Shown: positions 1 to 10,909 of the stretch, one piece after another
How the letters are laid out: the number at the start of each line of letters is the position of its first letter
Position numbering within the stretch: the first letter of the stretch is position 1
Assembly: GCF_006345805.1 (NCBI RefSeq)
Contig: NC_043004.1
Span: forward strand, 73,346,001-73,410,000
Length of the DNA stretch: 64,000 bases
Reading direction: 5' to 3'
Source of the DNA: Octopus sinensis
Lineage: Eukaryota
Made by a program: the position numbers and the translations under genes
The notes under the pieces: model-generated
What the model was told of the DNA's origin: nothing
The model's database searches: none
Seen by the model: only the letters and a program-made list of their open reading frames with translations

Positions 1-519
1 GCTGTTAAGCAATTGAATAGTATTCTTCCTGTTGATTTGGGCACGAGAGCTATGCATGTTTTTATTTCCTGAAGAATTTCTGCTCCACATTGCTGTCAGA
101 AGAGTACATCTGCCCTCGTTTATCACGGGACTTTTGTTCCATTTCGTAAATGGAACGAAGGACAGATTAATAGACGCCAATCTCGCAGTTCGCAACTGCA
201 AAGCTTCCACTACGACGCATTTTCTTGACCATCTTTTCCTTTTCTGCCGAGAACTCACTCGTCTGCATCGTTTGTTGGGATTATGCACCTTCGTGATTTT
301 TCTGTTCACTGGTCCCATTTTGAAGGATATAATCGCGTAAATCAATTTAAAGCTATCTTGCAGCAGAGTAATATAAACACAAGCGATAGTCAGTGCATTA
401 TGGGTAGCTGGATATTGTGGGTGTTCGTTGGGGAGCGTTTTTGCGATACAGACAGAATATTCGACTGATCGCCGACTCAAGTTATTACAGATCAATCCGA
501 GATAAGCGTGATATAGTTT
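1..519 (-). CDS. Candidate coding segment: stop-free frame of 173 codons running off the left edge (ATG at 318), product unknown
   Basis: Manual translation: no stop from 519 down to 1 (upstream TAA at 522-520). From ATG 318: MGPVNRKITKVHNPNKRCRRVSSRQKRKRWSRKCVVVEALQLRTARLASINLSFVPF... High-complexity, repeat-free DNA; no recognisable domain. Confidence 0.2.
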
Positions 520-1499
520 TTAGTCGAGCGTGCCGTGTTATTCCGGATCAGTGATGAATGAATCAGAGATAAACGAGGCTACAGAGGTATTTTCGTCACT
601 TACAGTGAAATGATGACGTACTTACTAGCTTACATTGCTCAAATCTGCGGCGTTTACAGAAACTATCAATTCATTGAGAAAGCTTTTTACAGGGTAGCCT
701 TGTCACACTAGAAAGAACAGCAAAATCTTTAAATTATATTTTACTGCCTTTAAAAATGCAGGGGCAAGGGACATTTAGGTAATGTAGTCTTAGCAGGAGT
801 ACATCTAAAAAAGAAGACACGATGGTCACGGCTGAAACATCTTTGAGTGTAGTTATTCTCAATCAAAGTTGACTTGGTCCTAAACAACAACAATAGTAAT
901 AATAAAAATAAAGTTAGTTCGGACTCATCTGTTACCCACAAATATATATTTAATGTTTGTACCACTCACATTTCCCAGTGTCAAATGTGTGGCAACATAA
1001 TTCTATTATTCTTAGTTAATTGAAACTCATTCTCTAGAAGAAGAGATAATTGCACATCTGGCAATATGTAAGGGAACTAAAACATTTACTGACAGTTTAA
1101 GACTTAGAAATAATAAAACTTGGGGCTGTTACATGCTAAATGTTATTTCAGCTCCCCATCATGCTTTCACTCTTGGAGAAGTGCGATAAATAACAATATC
1201 ATGGAATTAAGGCATAGATATACAAATATCAACGTAACTAAATCAATTTTTTTAGAGGAACAAAATCATAAAGTTTATTTCTTTTGTAGATGTGAAAACA
1301 AAGGAAAAAAAAAAGATTAAAGAAAAAAATATAGAATTCTGTTGCGTTCTTTGAAATATGACTCAAAATGGCTGCAAATTTGAACTTTCATTGGTAAAGA
1401 ACACATATTCACGTGTTTTATCTGCAATGATTAAACAGCCCGAAAAAAATGGGGCTTAGAGAGTACAATAAGTTTTTCATATATACATACATACATACA

Positions 1500-1533
<34 letters not shown>

Positions 1534-1789
1534 TGTATGTATGTGTATATTTCTAAACTCTGTTCAACAAAAAGTATAGATAAACTGATAAATTATATAA
1601 AAAAAAATGTATAGTTTTCTAATAATAATAGTTTTAATCTCTACCATATGTGGACATTTTGTTTCTGTAGCTTTGTAATTATTTTTTTTTAATTGTCTTT
1701 AGAACTTCTGACGTTGCCAATGTTCATTAATTAATGTTATTATTATTATTATTGTTATTATTTGATATTTCAATCTTAATTTCATTTTA

Positions 1790-1835
1790 TTTCATTTATT
1801 CCATCCGTGTGCGTGTATATATATATATATACATA

Positions 1836-1867
<32 letters not shown>

Positions 1868-1963
1868 GATATATAAAATACATACATACATACATATATA
1901 TATATATAAAATACATACATACATATATATATATATGTATATGGACATATATATTTACATATA

Positions 1964-2007
<44 letters not shown>

Positions 2008-2105
2008 GGACATATATATATATATGTATATCATATATTTATAAATATATATATATGTATATGTATACAAAGATATATATACATGTGTATATATATATAT
2101 ATATA
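1790..2105. repeat. (TA)n/(TACA)n compound microsatellite
   Basis: Direct inspection. Confidence 0.95.
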
Positions 2106-2309
2106 TATGTTTCTAATAGTAATTTGGTGGGGTGGGAGTGATGATGTTGGTGGGAGTGAGATGTAACGATAATGTTCGTAGTCCTACGAAACAGTAAAGT
2201 TTTTATTTATTTTTTCATATATATCTCTTTTGTTTTCCACAGCTACTCATTTCATAACTTGTTTTAATCAAAGGAGATTTTCTGTAAAATCAAGTTACGA
2301 CATAGATTT

Positions 2310-2624
2310 TCACAATCTAAATGTTGCCGCAGTATATTTGGTCTTCCGGTTCTTTCGGAACGTCTTCCGTTTCCGGTCACGCCCCCTTATAACTTTATTT
2401 TTATTTCCCTTGTTCTTGCGCTTTTTCTTACGACCTTTTTGTGATTTCCTGGTGCCGTTCTTCTTTCGATCTTTATTTTTCTTCTTCTTCTTCTTTCTCT
2501 TCTTTTTCCTTCTAGAAAGTCTATCAGGTCGTCTGGTTTTGTTGTTGTTCTTCCGTTTGCCGGACTCTTTCTGTGAGACTCTGCCCTGACTTGGTTTCTG
2601 AACGTCTGCGTCAGGTTCCACTCC
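2310..2624 (-). CDS. Candidate terminal coding exon encoding a Lys/Arg-rich basic tail
   Basis: EPDADVQKPSQGRVSQKESGKRKNNNKTRRPDRLSRRKKKRKKKKKKNKDRKKNGTRKSQKGRKKKRKNKGNKNKVIRGRDRKRKTFRKNRKTKYTAATFRL*. Mixed synonymous codons (AAA/AAG, CGT/CGC/CGG/CGA/AGA/AGG) rather than a simple repeat. Only a weak acceptor (tattttctgag|ga) after an in-frame TGA. Confidence 0.4.
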   Translation of the reverse strand, partial: GVEPDADVQKPSQGRVSQKESGKRKNNNKTRRPDRLSRRKKKRKKKKKKNKDRKKNGTRKSQKGRKKKRKNKGNKNKVIRGRDRKRKTFRKNRKTKYTAATFRL

Positions 2625-3161
2625 TCAGAAAATACACACAATCATTCCAATTAAAAATAAATCAATCTTAGAGCAGAGATGTGTAGATTTTACGAGAAAA
2701 ATATCACAGAGGCCTGTTGCTAGTCGCATGCACCTCTCTATGTTGGCTTTGCTTCCGAAGTGTGCCAATTTGTACCAAGAGATTAAAGACAAGTGAGAAA
2801 ACCAAGGAAAAGGTGAGAGAAGACAATCAGAGTGTGTGAGATGAGGAGAAGTCATAAAGGGAGACATATAGAAACAAATATAGGTAAGTAGAGGGCTTGA
2901 TCAATAGACAGGTGACGAGTAGGTAAAAACTACATACATACAAATAAATTCGTTCGGAGTTAATGAAATACTCTGTCTCAACTTAGCCTTTCTCGCCAAA
3001 AGATCAGTCGGACTTTTGTCGCCTGAGTGATTGCTTGTGTCGAGATACTCTCAGTAGCGAAGGCGTGAATCATTAACTTCAAGCAAACAAATAAAGTCTA
3101 CTACAAATATCAAGTAATTTTCCTCACGTTTGACTGCCCAATTTAGTATGTGCGTGAGTAA

Positions 3162-3162
<1 letters not shown>

Positions 3163-3253
<91 letters not shown>

Positions 3254-3255
3254 GC

Positions 3256-3350
<95 letters not shown>

Positions 3351-3380
3351 ACGATCTATCTGTCTATCTGTTTGTCTGTC
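3163..3380. repeat. (TCTA)n/(TCTG)n microsatellite
   Basis: Direct inspection. Confidence 0.95.
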
Positions 3381-3498
3381 TATCCGACTAAAATATACTA
3401 CGTTATATTATTTTGAAATGATTTGCTTTTAAAAATAAATCTTAGAATTAACTGCAATGTAAAAGGAATACCGCAGTGTTTTTTTTATATTATTTCCC

Positions 3499-3537
<39 letters not shown>

Positions 3538-3590
3538 ATATATAATATATATATACATGAAACGTGCGTGTACATCCACACACACGTACG

Positions 3591-4518
3591 TACGACGGTT
3601 GTATCGAAAGTAATGTAAAAGCGGGCATAACTTTTATATTAACCGACGCGTGTCGTTCAAAGTGCAAGTGCTGCTAGTTTAACCCTTCCTTTTCATTACT
3701 CCTCCTTTGTTCTTCATTGCAGCAAAATGTGTTTCAAACAAAAGCAACATGTCGACATTGAGTTCTTGACGAAAGAGAGCTATAGACTGTTCGACTGTCG
3801 AACTTCGACATCCACAGAAAGCGACAGGCTGTTTATGGTGATAACACCATTAATAAACGTTATGTACACAAATGGATGAAGAAGCTTACAGAAGTGTAGG
3901 AAACAGGGGGAGGAGAAGTATTGAAAACAAGCCACGAAGTGGGGAGACCATTAACTGCGACCACTAATGCTAACCGCCAGGATTGATTATCGCAGACAGA
4001 CGAAGCATAACCCATGAGCTTACTACGGGACTGGATTGTAGTCACAGTGCCTTACAGAAGAGAATGGAAGACTGGGAATCAGAGAGTGGAAGACTGGGAA
4101 TCAGAGAGTGTTGTAAAATACTTCGGCAGTTGACAGCTGATTTAAAAGAAAGAAGCGTTTCAGTCTACTTTAATCTGCTGGAAGCGTTTGAAGCTAATGA
4201 AGACTATGGCATCCAATAAGATAATTGGCAAATTGCGCAGTTCAATGGTCACCTGTCTAACATACTGATTAGATCTGCTGCCCACCTGTTCATTCCAAGG
4301 ACAGTCTTCTGGGACAATGATTTGATGACACAGACAGGTGAAAGTGGATTTGAAGAAATGGGTACAACAGTGCATACCTGAAGATTTTCAAAGTGTTATC
4401 GAAATTTGATTTCAATGATGGCTCGAATACATTGTTTGCAATGGAGACTGTGTTGAGTAGTGCCTTTCTTTAGAGGAAGAGTTACTCGGCCGATACGCAT
4501 AGTTTGAAACACCCGTGT
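3591..4518 (+). mobile_element. Decayed, internally deleted mariner transposon
   Basis: Frame-broken peptides KQKQHVDIEFLTKE / DIHRKRQAVYGDNTINKRYVHKWMKK / GRPLTATT / IIADRRSITHEL / RTVFWD / WLEYIVCNGDCVE* follow mariner transposase order. ITR-like start tacgacggttgtatcgaaag. Internal 22-bp duplication tggaagactgggaatcagagag at 4065-4108. Confidence 0.75.
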
Positions 4519-4635
4519 CAGTAAAAGTAAAATGGTATACCAACTTTTGCATTACTTTCAGTAGAACCCTTATGTGCGAGTGTATATGTATATAGTGGCA
4601 AAATGTGAAGCGAAGGAAAGAAGTTAGAGATAATC

Positions 4636-4830
4636 TTTTCTACTACAGGCACAAGGCCTGACATTTTACGGGGGGAGAGATCGTCGATTAGATCGACCCC
4701 AGTACTCAAATGGTACTTATTTCATCGCAAAGTCGACCCCTGCGGAATTTGAACTCAGAACGTAAAGACAGACGAAATGATGCTAAGCAGTTTGCCCGGC
4801 ATGCTAACCATTCCGCCGGCTGGCCTCCTT
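4636..4830 (-). mobile_element. tRNA-headed SINE, family A (tail type 2)
   Basis: Reverse complement has A-box/B-box-like head (TGGCAGAA...GTTCAAATTCC) and matches many other copies in the window. Confidence 0.8.
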
Positions 4831-5290
4831 CAAGAAAGTAACAGATAATAAGGCGATAGCTCATTTCTGTTTTACGTATCTATGTATTTAAATTAAAGGA
4901 CAATGTGTGAGTATATATGTGAGCACACACGCACACGCACACACAAACACAGAGTTTTATAGAGTATACACACACGTAGATCCACACAACTCACAAACAC
5001 ACACATACGCATACGCATAGAATGCTAGAATGTCAGATGCAATGGTAAATAAATGTGTTTTTCGAATCATTGTCGTTTCATGTTTATATATTTATTTATT
5101 CACTTATCTATTTATTTTTTAAAAATTTATTTTCGTTTTTTAGATAGAGAAAATAAAGAAGAAAAAAAATTGTATGCAAACGATTTAAGAAGAAAGAAAA
5201 AAAGTAAACAGTACAGTAAGTTCCTCGTTATTTTGTTTAAACACAACAATTCGTTGATTTACTAAAATCAGCTCCTGCCAAATTTACAGT

Positions 5291-5335
<45 letters not shown>

Positions 5336-5654
5336 ATATATATAATATATATATATATGTGTGTGTGTGTATATACATATATATATATATATATATATGT
5401 ACATACATACATACACACATACACGCATGCGACTGTGTGTGATGTTGCTATTATTTTCGGTTCAACCGATTCTTCTTTTTTGTTTATATATCCTTACATA
5501 CATATGCATACATCCATACTTATATACTTGTGTGTGTGTGTATGTGTTTTTACGTAATTTTTTTTCACCTAACGTCTTAATTTGCCAAAATAACAGCTAT
5601 AGCACGAATTAGACTTAAGCTAAAGTAGCGGGAGCAACAGTAGCGGTTAAGGTA

Positions 5655-5708
5655 GAAATGATCGTGACAGTAGTGGTGGCAGTAGAAGTAGTAGTAATAG
5701 TAGTAGTG

Positions 5709-5739
<31 letters not shown>

Positions 5740-5740
5740 C

Positions 5741-5777
<37 letters not shown>

Positions 5778-5780
5778 ATA
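5655..5780. repeat. (GTA)n/(GCA)n compound triplet repeat
   Basis: Direct inspection. Confidence 0.9.
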
Positions 5781-6257
5781 CTAAAGACGATTCTATTAAC
5801 AGTGGCAATCGTTCTCAATTTGGGTACATGGCCAGATGCTTTTGAGAATGGATTATTCAATTAAATCGACTTCACTACTTAAGTGGTACTTTATTTATCA
5901 TCCCCGGAAGAACGAACGTCAAAAACTCATAACCAACAAGCGAAATGCACTTTGTCCGACGCTGTTAAAGATTTTGCCAACCATTATTTGTACCATTGGC
6001 TCATAGCATTAAATATTTAGTTAAGATATCAGTCGGTTTCATCTGTCAGAGTTTATTACTGGTATGTATTGATTCAAGCCACTATGTGCTCAATCGATCT
6101 GCTAGAAACAACAATGGTATATCCTTATAAACGGTCAAACTGATAAATTCATCTTGTAACCATGGAGAAATATCGTTCTGAAAGGTTTATTCGAAAAAAT
6201 CGACCCAGTTATTTTGGTTGCCCTGTTAATATTAATACTTATTCTATAGATCCATGT

Positions 6258-6490
6258 TACCGAACAGCTAGGTTACTGGAGCGTAAATAAACCAATACCG
6301 GTTGTTAAGCAGTGTAGGATGACAAGTACAAACACACACACACACATTCACTATGGAATCCCATACAGCTTCTGTCTACCAAATTCACTAACAGGGAAAT
6401 TGCCGATCCGCGGTTACTAAAGAAGACGCTTGTTGAAGGCGCTGCGCAGTGGAACTAAACCGGAAACCATGTGGTTGTAAAGCGAGCTTT
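6258..6490 (-). mobile_element. Degenerate SINE family B
   Basis: Similar to copies at 21120 and 40775 (aaccggaaaccatgtggttg; tctgtctaccaaattcact). Confidence 0.65.
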
Positions 6491-6774
6491 GAAATTAAGG
6501 TGAAATGTTCATAGTTTGAATGGCTTTGATTTAAGATCGTAGCGATGAGGACTGATCTGTATATTAACAATAAAAACAACGAAGAAGATAAAGGCAAACA
6601 ATGCAAGCAGTGAGAACACAGTGTTATTGACGAGTATTTCATGGGTTTACTTGTTCAAATTCCACTGATAGACACTTTAAGTAGGATATCCTAGCGTCAG
6701 TCTGCTAGTTGTGTGTATGTGTGTTTGTGTACGACACACATATACACATGCCTCTCTCTGTCTCTCTCTGTGGT

Positions 6775-6805
<31 letters not shown>

Positions 6806-6824
6806 ATATATATATATAATAAAT

Positions 6825-7157
6825 AGTGGTAAGAAGCTTGCTTTTCAACCACATGATTCGGGGTTCAGTCCCACTGCGTGGCACCTTGGGCAAGTATCTT
6901 CTACTATAGCCTCAGGCCGACCAAAGCCTTGTGAGTGGATTTAGTAGACGGAAACTGAAAGAAACCCGTCGTTTGTGCGTGTGTGTGTGTGTTTATCCCC
7001 CACCACTGCTTGATAACTGGTGTAGGTGTGTTTATGTCCCATAACATAGCAGTTTGGCAAAAGTAACTGACAGAATAAGTACTAGGCTTTAAAAAATATG
7101 TCCTGGGGTAGATTTGTTCCTCTAAAAACCTTCAAGTAAAAAGTAAAAGATAAAAGG
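6825..7157 (+). mobile_element. SINE family B (tRNA head, CORE-like caccttgggcaag, internal microsatellite, 3' module)
   Basis: gggttcagtcccactgcgtggcaccttgggcaag...gacggaaactgaaagaaacccgtcg-(TG)n-...gaataagtactaggctt...ctggggt; recurs at 27745 and 31885. Confidence 0.8.
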
Positions 7158-7268
7158 TAAACGCATTACGCATGCGCACAGCACTCCCTTAACCCCGTCC
7201 CCTACTTATGATCGGTTTAAACCTTAATATCCCCATCCTCAGCAGAAACCCGAGAGAGATCTCCCACT

Positions 7269-7652
7269 TGGACTCTCACTAAGAGACTCAGATGAATGCT
7301 GAACGGTGCCTACACCAGAATGCTACGTGCAGTGCTCAAAATCTCTTGGAGAGAGCACCCAACAAAACAGCGGTTATATGGGAAGGTAGCAACTATCTAT
7401 AATCAACCACCCCAAGAGCCGAGATTGAGGTTTGCTGGCCACTGCTGGAGAAGTAAAGAAGAACTAGTGAGTGGTGTGTTGGTGTGGATCCCAAATCATG
7501 GTACCATAGCAGCCGGAAGACCACGGAAGACGTATATACAACAACTTGCAAATGCTGGATGCCAAGTTGAAGACCTAAAAACACTAATGGAAGAGCGGGA
7601 GGGATTGAGAGAGGTTGCCAGGCTGGTCCGGGCAATTAACCTGACTAAATGA
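7269..7652 (+). mobile_element. RTE-type LINE, 5'-truncated 3' fragment
   Basis: WTLTKRLR*MLNGAYTRMLRAVLKISWREHPTKQRLYG...RLRFAGHCWRSKEELVSGVLVWIPNHG...GRPRKTYIQQL matches the post-RT region of RTE/RTE-X ORF2; A-rich run follows. Confidence 0.85.
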
Positions 7653-7699
7653 TGCCTCGATAAAAAGAAAAAAAAAAACGAAAAAAAAAACCCAGTAAA

Positions 7700-8270
7700 A
7701 AATTATAAAATGAAAAGTTTTGTCGGTTGAATCGATCTTGTATTTTATTGTCATGTAATTCTTATCAACCTCGAAAGGATGAAATGGCAAAGCCAGCCTC
7801 GGTACGATTTGAACTCAGACTGTAAACCCGAAGAAGTATCGCTAAGCATTTGGTCCGCGGTGGTGACGATTTGGCCAGCTCCCCACCTTAAGCAATAATT
7901 CTTTCTAGGCCTGAAATTTTGGGTGGAATGGTATAGTCGATTACACGAACCCTAGTGTTAAACTAATATTTACTTAATCGACCCTGAAAGGATGAAAAGC
8001 ACAGTCAACATCGGCGAAATTAGAACTCAGAAAGTAAAGCTGGAAGAAATGCCTCTAACCATTTTGTTCGGCGTGCTAACGACTCTAGCAGCTCACCGCC
8101 TTTTGTTTTTGATTGAGGAGCAAAAAGCGATCAGTTTTTGAAGAGAGAGTATAATCGTTTACATCAACTCAGAGTAAATGGCAAAAACTGACCATGGTGA
8201 GATTTCAACTCAGTAAGTGGAGAGTGGCACAAAAAAAAAAAACAAAAAAAGAAACGAGGCTCTAACGATT
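7700..8270 (-). mobile_element. Head-to-tail chain of about three degenerate family A SINEs
   Basis: Repeated gaaaggatgaaa...tttgaactcaga...ctaagcattt...ccagctc..cgcctt blocks. Confidence 0.7.
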
Positions 8271-8361
8271 CTGATTATCCAATAACAACGAACTTTAGGT
8301 TTGTTAAAATATGTTTGTGATATATCTTAAATTCTAAAGACAAATTCCCGGCAGTTGCCGA

Positions 8362-8800
8362 GGAGAAAAACATTTTCTCTTATGGTAAAAAGTGTGAAGA
8401 CACCATATCTGCGCTATCAGATTCTCAGGCATGCATTTCTTGCTCTGGTGCTTGGGAATACGACAGTAGGAAAATATGGTGCTTTTTACACTTTTCACCA
8501 TGGGAGAGAATTTTCTCTCCACAGAAACTGCAGTGAATTTGCCTTTGGAAGTTTAAATATGTCGCAAACATTTTCGCGATGATGTCCGATCAAGATGTTG
8601 TATAATACAACTCAGTCACTGAGGTTGAATGTTTTTTTTAGTTAAGATACGGTTCTGGATCTGCGCAGAGTTATCGCGCTTTAGCGTTTTCCATTGAAGA
8701 AAGCTAATGAGCCTGAAACGGCCGTTTGGGAATCCGACAGAGGGTAACACTGAGCAGATATGGTGTTTTTACACCTTTTTCCAGGAAAGAGTTTTTTCCA
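8362..8800. repeat. One inverted plus two direct copies of a ~70-bp motif; Penelope pLTR/retrozyme-like remnant
   Basis: 8362-8428 (minus), 8452-8520 and 8726-8800 (plus) share tgggaat.cgacag...atatggtg.ttttacac.tttt.cca...gaga..tttt.cc. Confidence 0.7.
8688..8732 (+). ncRNA. Minimal type-I hammerhead-ribozyme-like motif (C3U variant)
   Basis: tttcca-TTGAAGA-aagc(taatga)gcct-GAA-A(cggccg)T-T-tgggaa: 6-bp helix I with one G-U, 3 of 4 pairs in helix II, palindromic helix III ACGGCCGT. Confidence 0.55.
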
Positions 8801-8889
8801 ACACATTTTAACTAACATAAATTCCGTTTATTCGGAATCACTGCTTGGCACTGATGTGGCTACAATAATAACAGTATTTTAGAAAAAAA

Positions 8890-9150
8890 CAATGAGAATA
8901 ATAATTATGGTGGTAAGAAGGAATACAGAAATGGTATTCATGATGATGATATGGAGAAGGACGAGGATGAGAAAAAGGGGAGGTGGAGGAATACGGAAAT
9001 GGCATTCACGACGACGACGATGATGATGATAATGATGATGGTGATGAAAATGATGATGATGATGATGATGCAGGTAGTAAGAATAATAATGATGATGATC
9101 ATGATGATAATGATGGTCGGGATAATGATGAGGATGATGATGAGGTTATG
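8890..9150. repeat. (GAT)n-rich degenerate triplet repeat
   Basis: Direct inspection. Confidence 0.85.
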
Positions 9151-9411
9151 ATGCTGGTGTTGAAAAACAAGTCGGCAAAAGTAGATGAAAGAAATGGCGA
9201 AGAGCCTCTCTCTCTCATCCCCTGTCGTTCCCTATCCTCTTCATGAAGGTCACGGGATCTCTTACAGTGCAACATAATACAGTTTTTGTCTAGTGTCAGT
9301 TTAAAATAATAACACTATGTGTGTGTGTGTAAACGATTGTACGTGTGTAAGCATGAATGTATGTATATGTGTGTGTGTATTCATGTATGTATGTATGTAT
9401 ATATGCATGTG

Positions 9412-9444
<33 letters not shown>

Positions 9445-10043
9445 TGTGTGTGTGTGTGTGTGTGTGTATGCAGTCGCGCACACACACGTACATACACAAA
9501 TCTACATAAAAGATGTCAGCAATATTCAGAAAACATAAGCAATTAAGAGTGCTCACTGCGTATGATCGAACAGAGAGGGAGAGGTACAGAGAGGGAGAGA
9601 GGAAGAGAGAGAGAGTGAGAGAGAGAGAGTGAGAGAGAGAGAGAGCAAGAGAAGAGACGGCGCTTATACACACACACACACACATACGCAGAGTCTGACA
9701 AACAGCCACGTATCTAGACTAGCACGCAAACGCGCAGATGGGTACTAAGACAGATTGACAGACAGACGGACAGACAGGGAAGCAGATTGGAACGAATAGA
9801 TTCGAAGAGTCACACACACACACACACACACCACACACACACACACACACACAAAGTGATAGACAATCAAGTGGAAATATATATATGTATGCATACACAC
9901 AGACAGATATTTTGAAAGCTGACATCTTTCTGATGAGTGTTCATATATATATATATATATATAAGCAGATAGATATAGAAGTAACTAAAGTGGAAAAAAT
10001 ATAGCAGCAACCGAAATATGTGGTAAAATGTTTTGTTTTATAG

Positions 10044-10174
10044 GTCGGAGATGGCGAATGTGGCGGTTGAACAAAATGGTGATGGGAAGCATAGTGAAGG
10101 CGAGGAAGTTCAGTTCCAGGTTTCACAGTGAAGACATTTCAGCTATCTTCATTTGAAGCCAAATCAACAAATAG
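10044..10174 (+). other. Possible 131-nt exon (probably non-coding)
   Basis: ttttgttttatag| acceptor and AG|gtatgt donor; all three frames contain a stop. Confidence 0.2.
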
Positions 10175-10439
10175 GTATGTCCGCCAAATCCGACATCAAC
10201 GTGATTGCGTGTGAGTGTGCGTGAGTTTGTGAGCGAGTGGTGCATGTGTGTATCTATGTATGTGTATGTGTGTATGCTTGCGTGCACACACACACACACA
10301 CGCACACACACACACACACATATAAAAGAAGAGCAATAAGAATTGGAAGAACAGAACTACAAACAAAAACACGAATTGGTTGAAGTGTGTTAGAAAGAAA
10401 TTTCAGTTGAGGTTTTCAACGAAGATGTCAGCTGTTTAC

Positions 10440-10700
10440 CGTATGTTTTGTTGTTACTGCAGCTGCTGTTGGCGATGGCGGTGTTGGTGTTAGTGTTGTT
10501 GTTTTTCCTGGTGGTGGTGGTGGTGGTGGTGGTGGTAGCAAATATGATTACAATGATGACGATGATGATGGTGGTGATGCCGAAAATAATGATGATTATG
10601 ATGGTGATGATGATAGAAATTATGACATTGATGATAGCAATGAAAAGGATGGCGATGATGAAGATGATGACGACGACGACGATGATTGATAACCATGAAC
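10440..10700. repeat. (GGT)/(GAT)/(GAC) triplet repeat tract
   Basis: Direct inspection. Confidence 0.85.
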
Positions 10701-10909
10701 ATAGCAAGCCAGTCGCCTCGAAAATAAATGTCATAATTGAGACGAGCTTCCCTACTGCTACAACTTATATGTAAAAGTACTAAGCGATTGCAACCGAAAG
10801 ACACCTATAAGAATGGTATTGGAAGTATTCGTGACTTTCTTGTTCTCCCGGCAGAATGTGTTGGTCATTAGATAAATGCTTAACGGTACCAAAGAAATGT
10901 CTTCTAATG

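Noticed and set aside
2585-2635. Minus-strand CTGAGGA...GAAAC-caa-GTC resembling a canonical hammerhead core
   Set aside because: Helix II needs a bulge and an unpaired G, helix I is almost all G-U, and it lies in the candidate coding exon; probably chance
2860-2890. Strong donor-like ataggtaagt (also ttcgtaagt at about 16187)
   Set aside because: No matching acceptor or open frame found; such 6-mers are expected by chance in 64 kb
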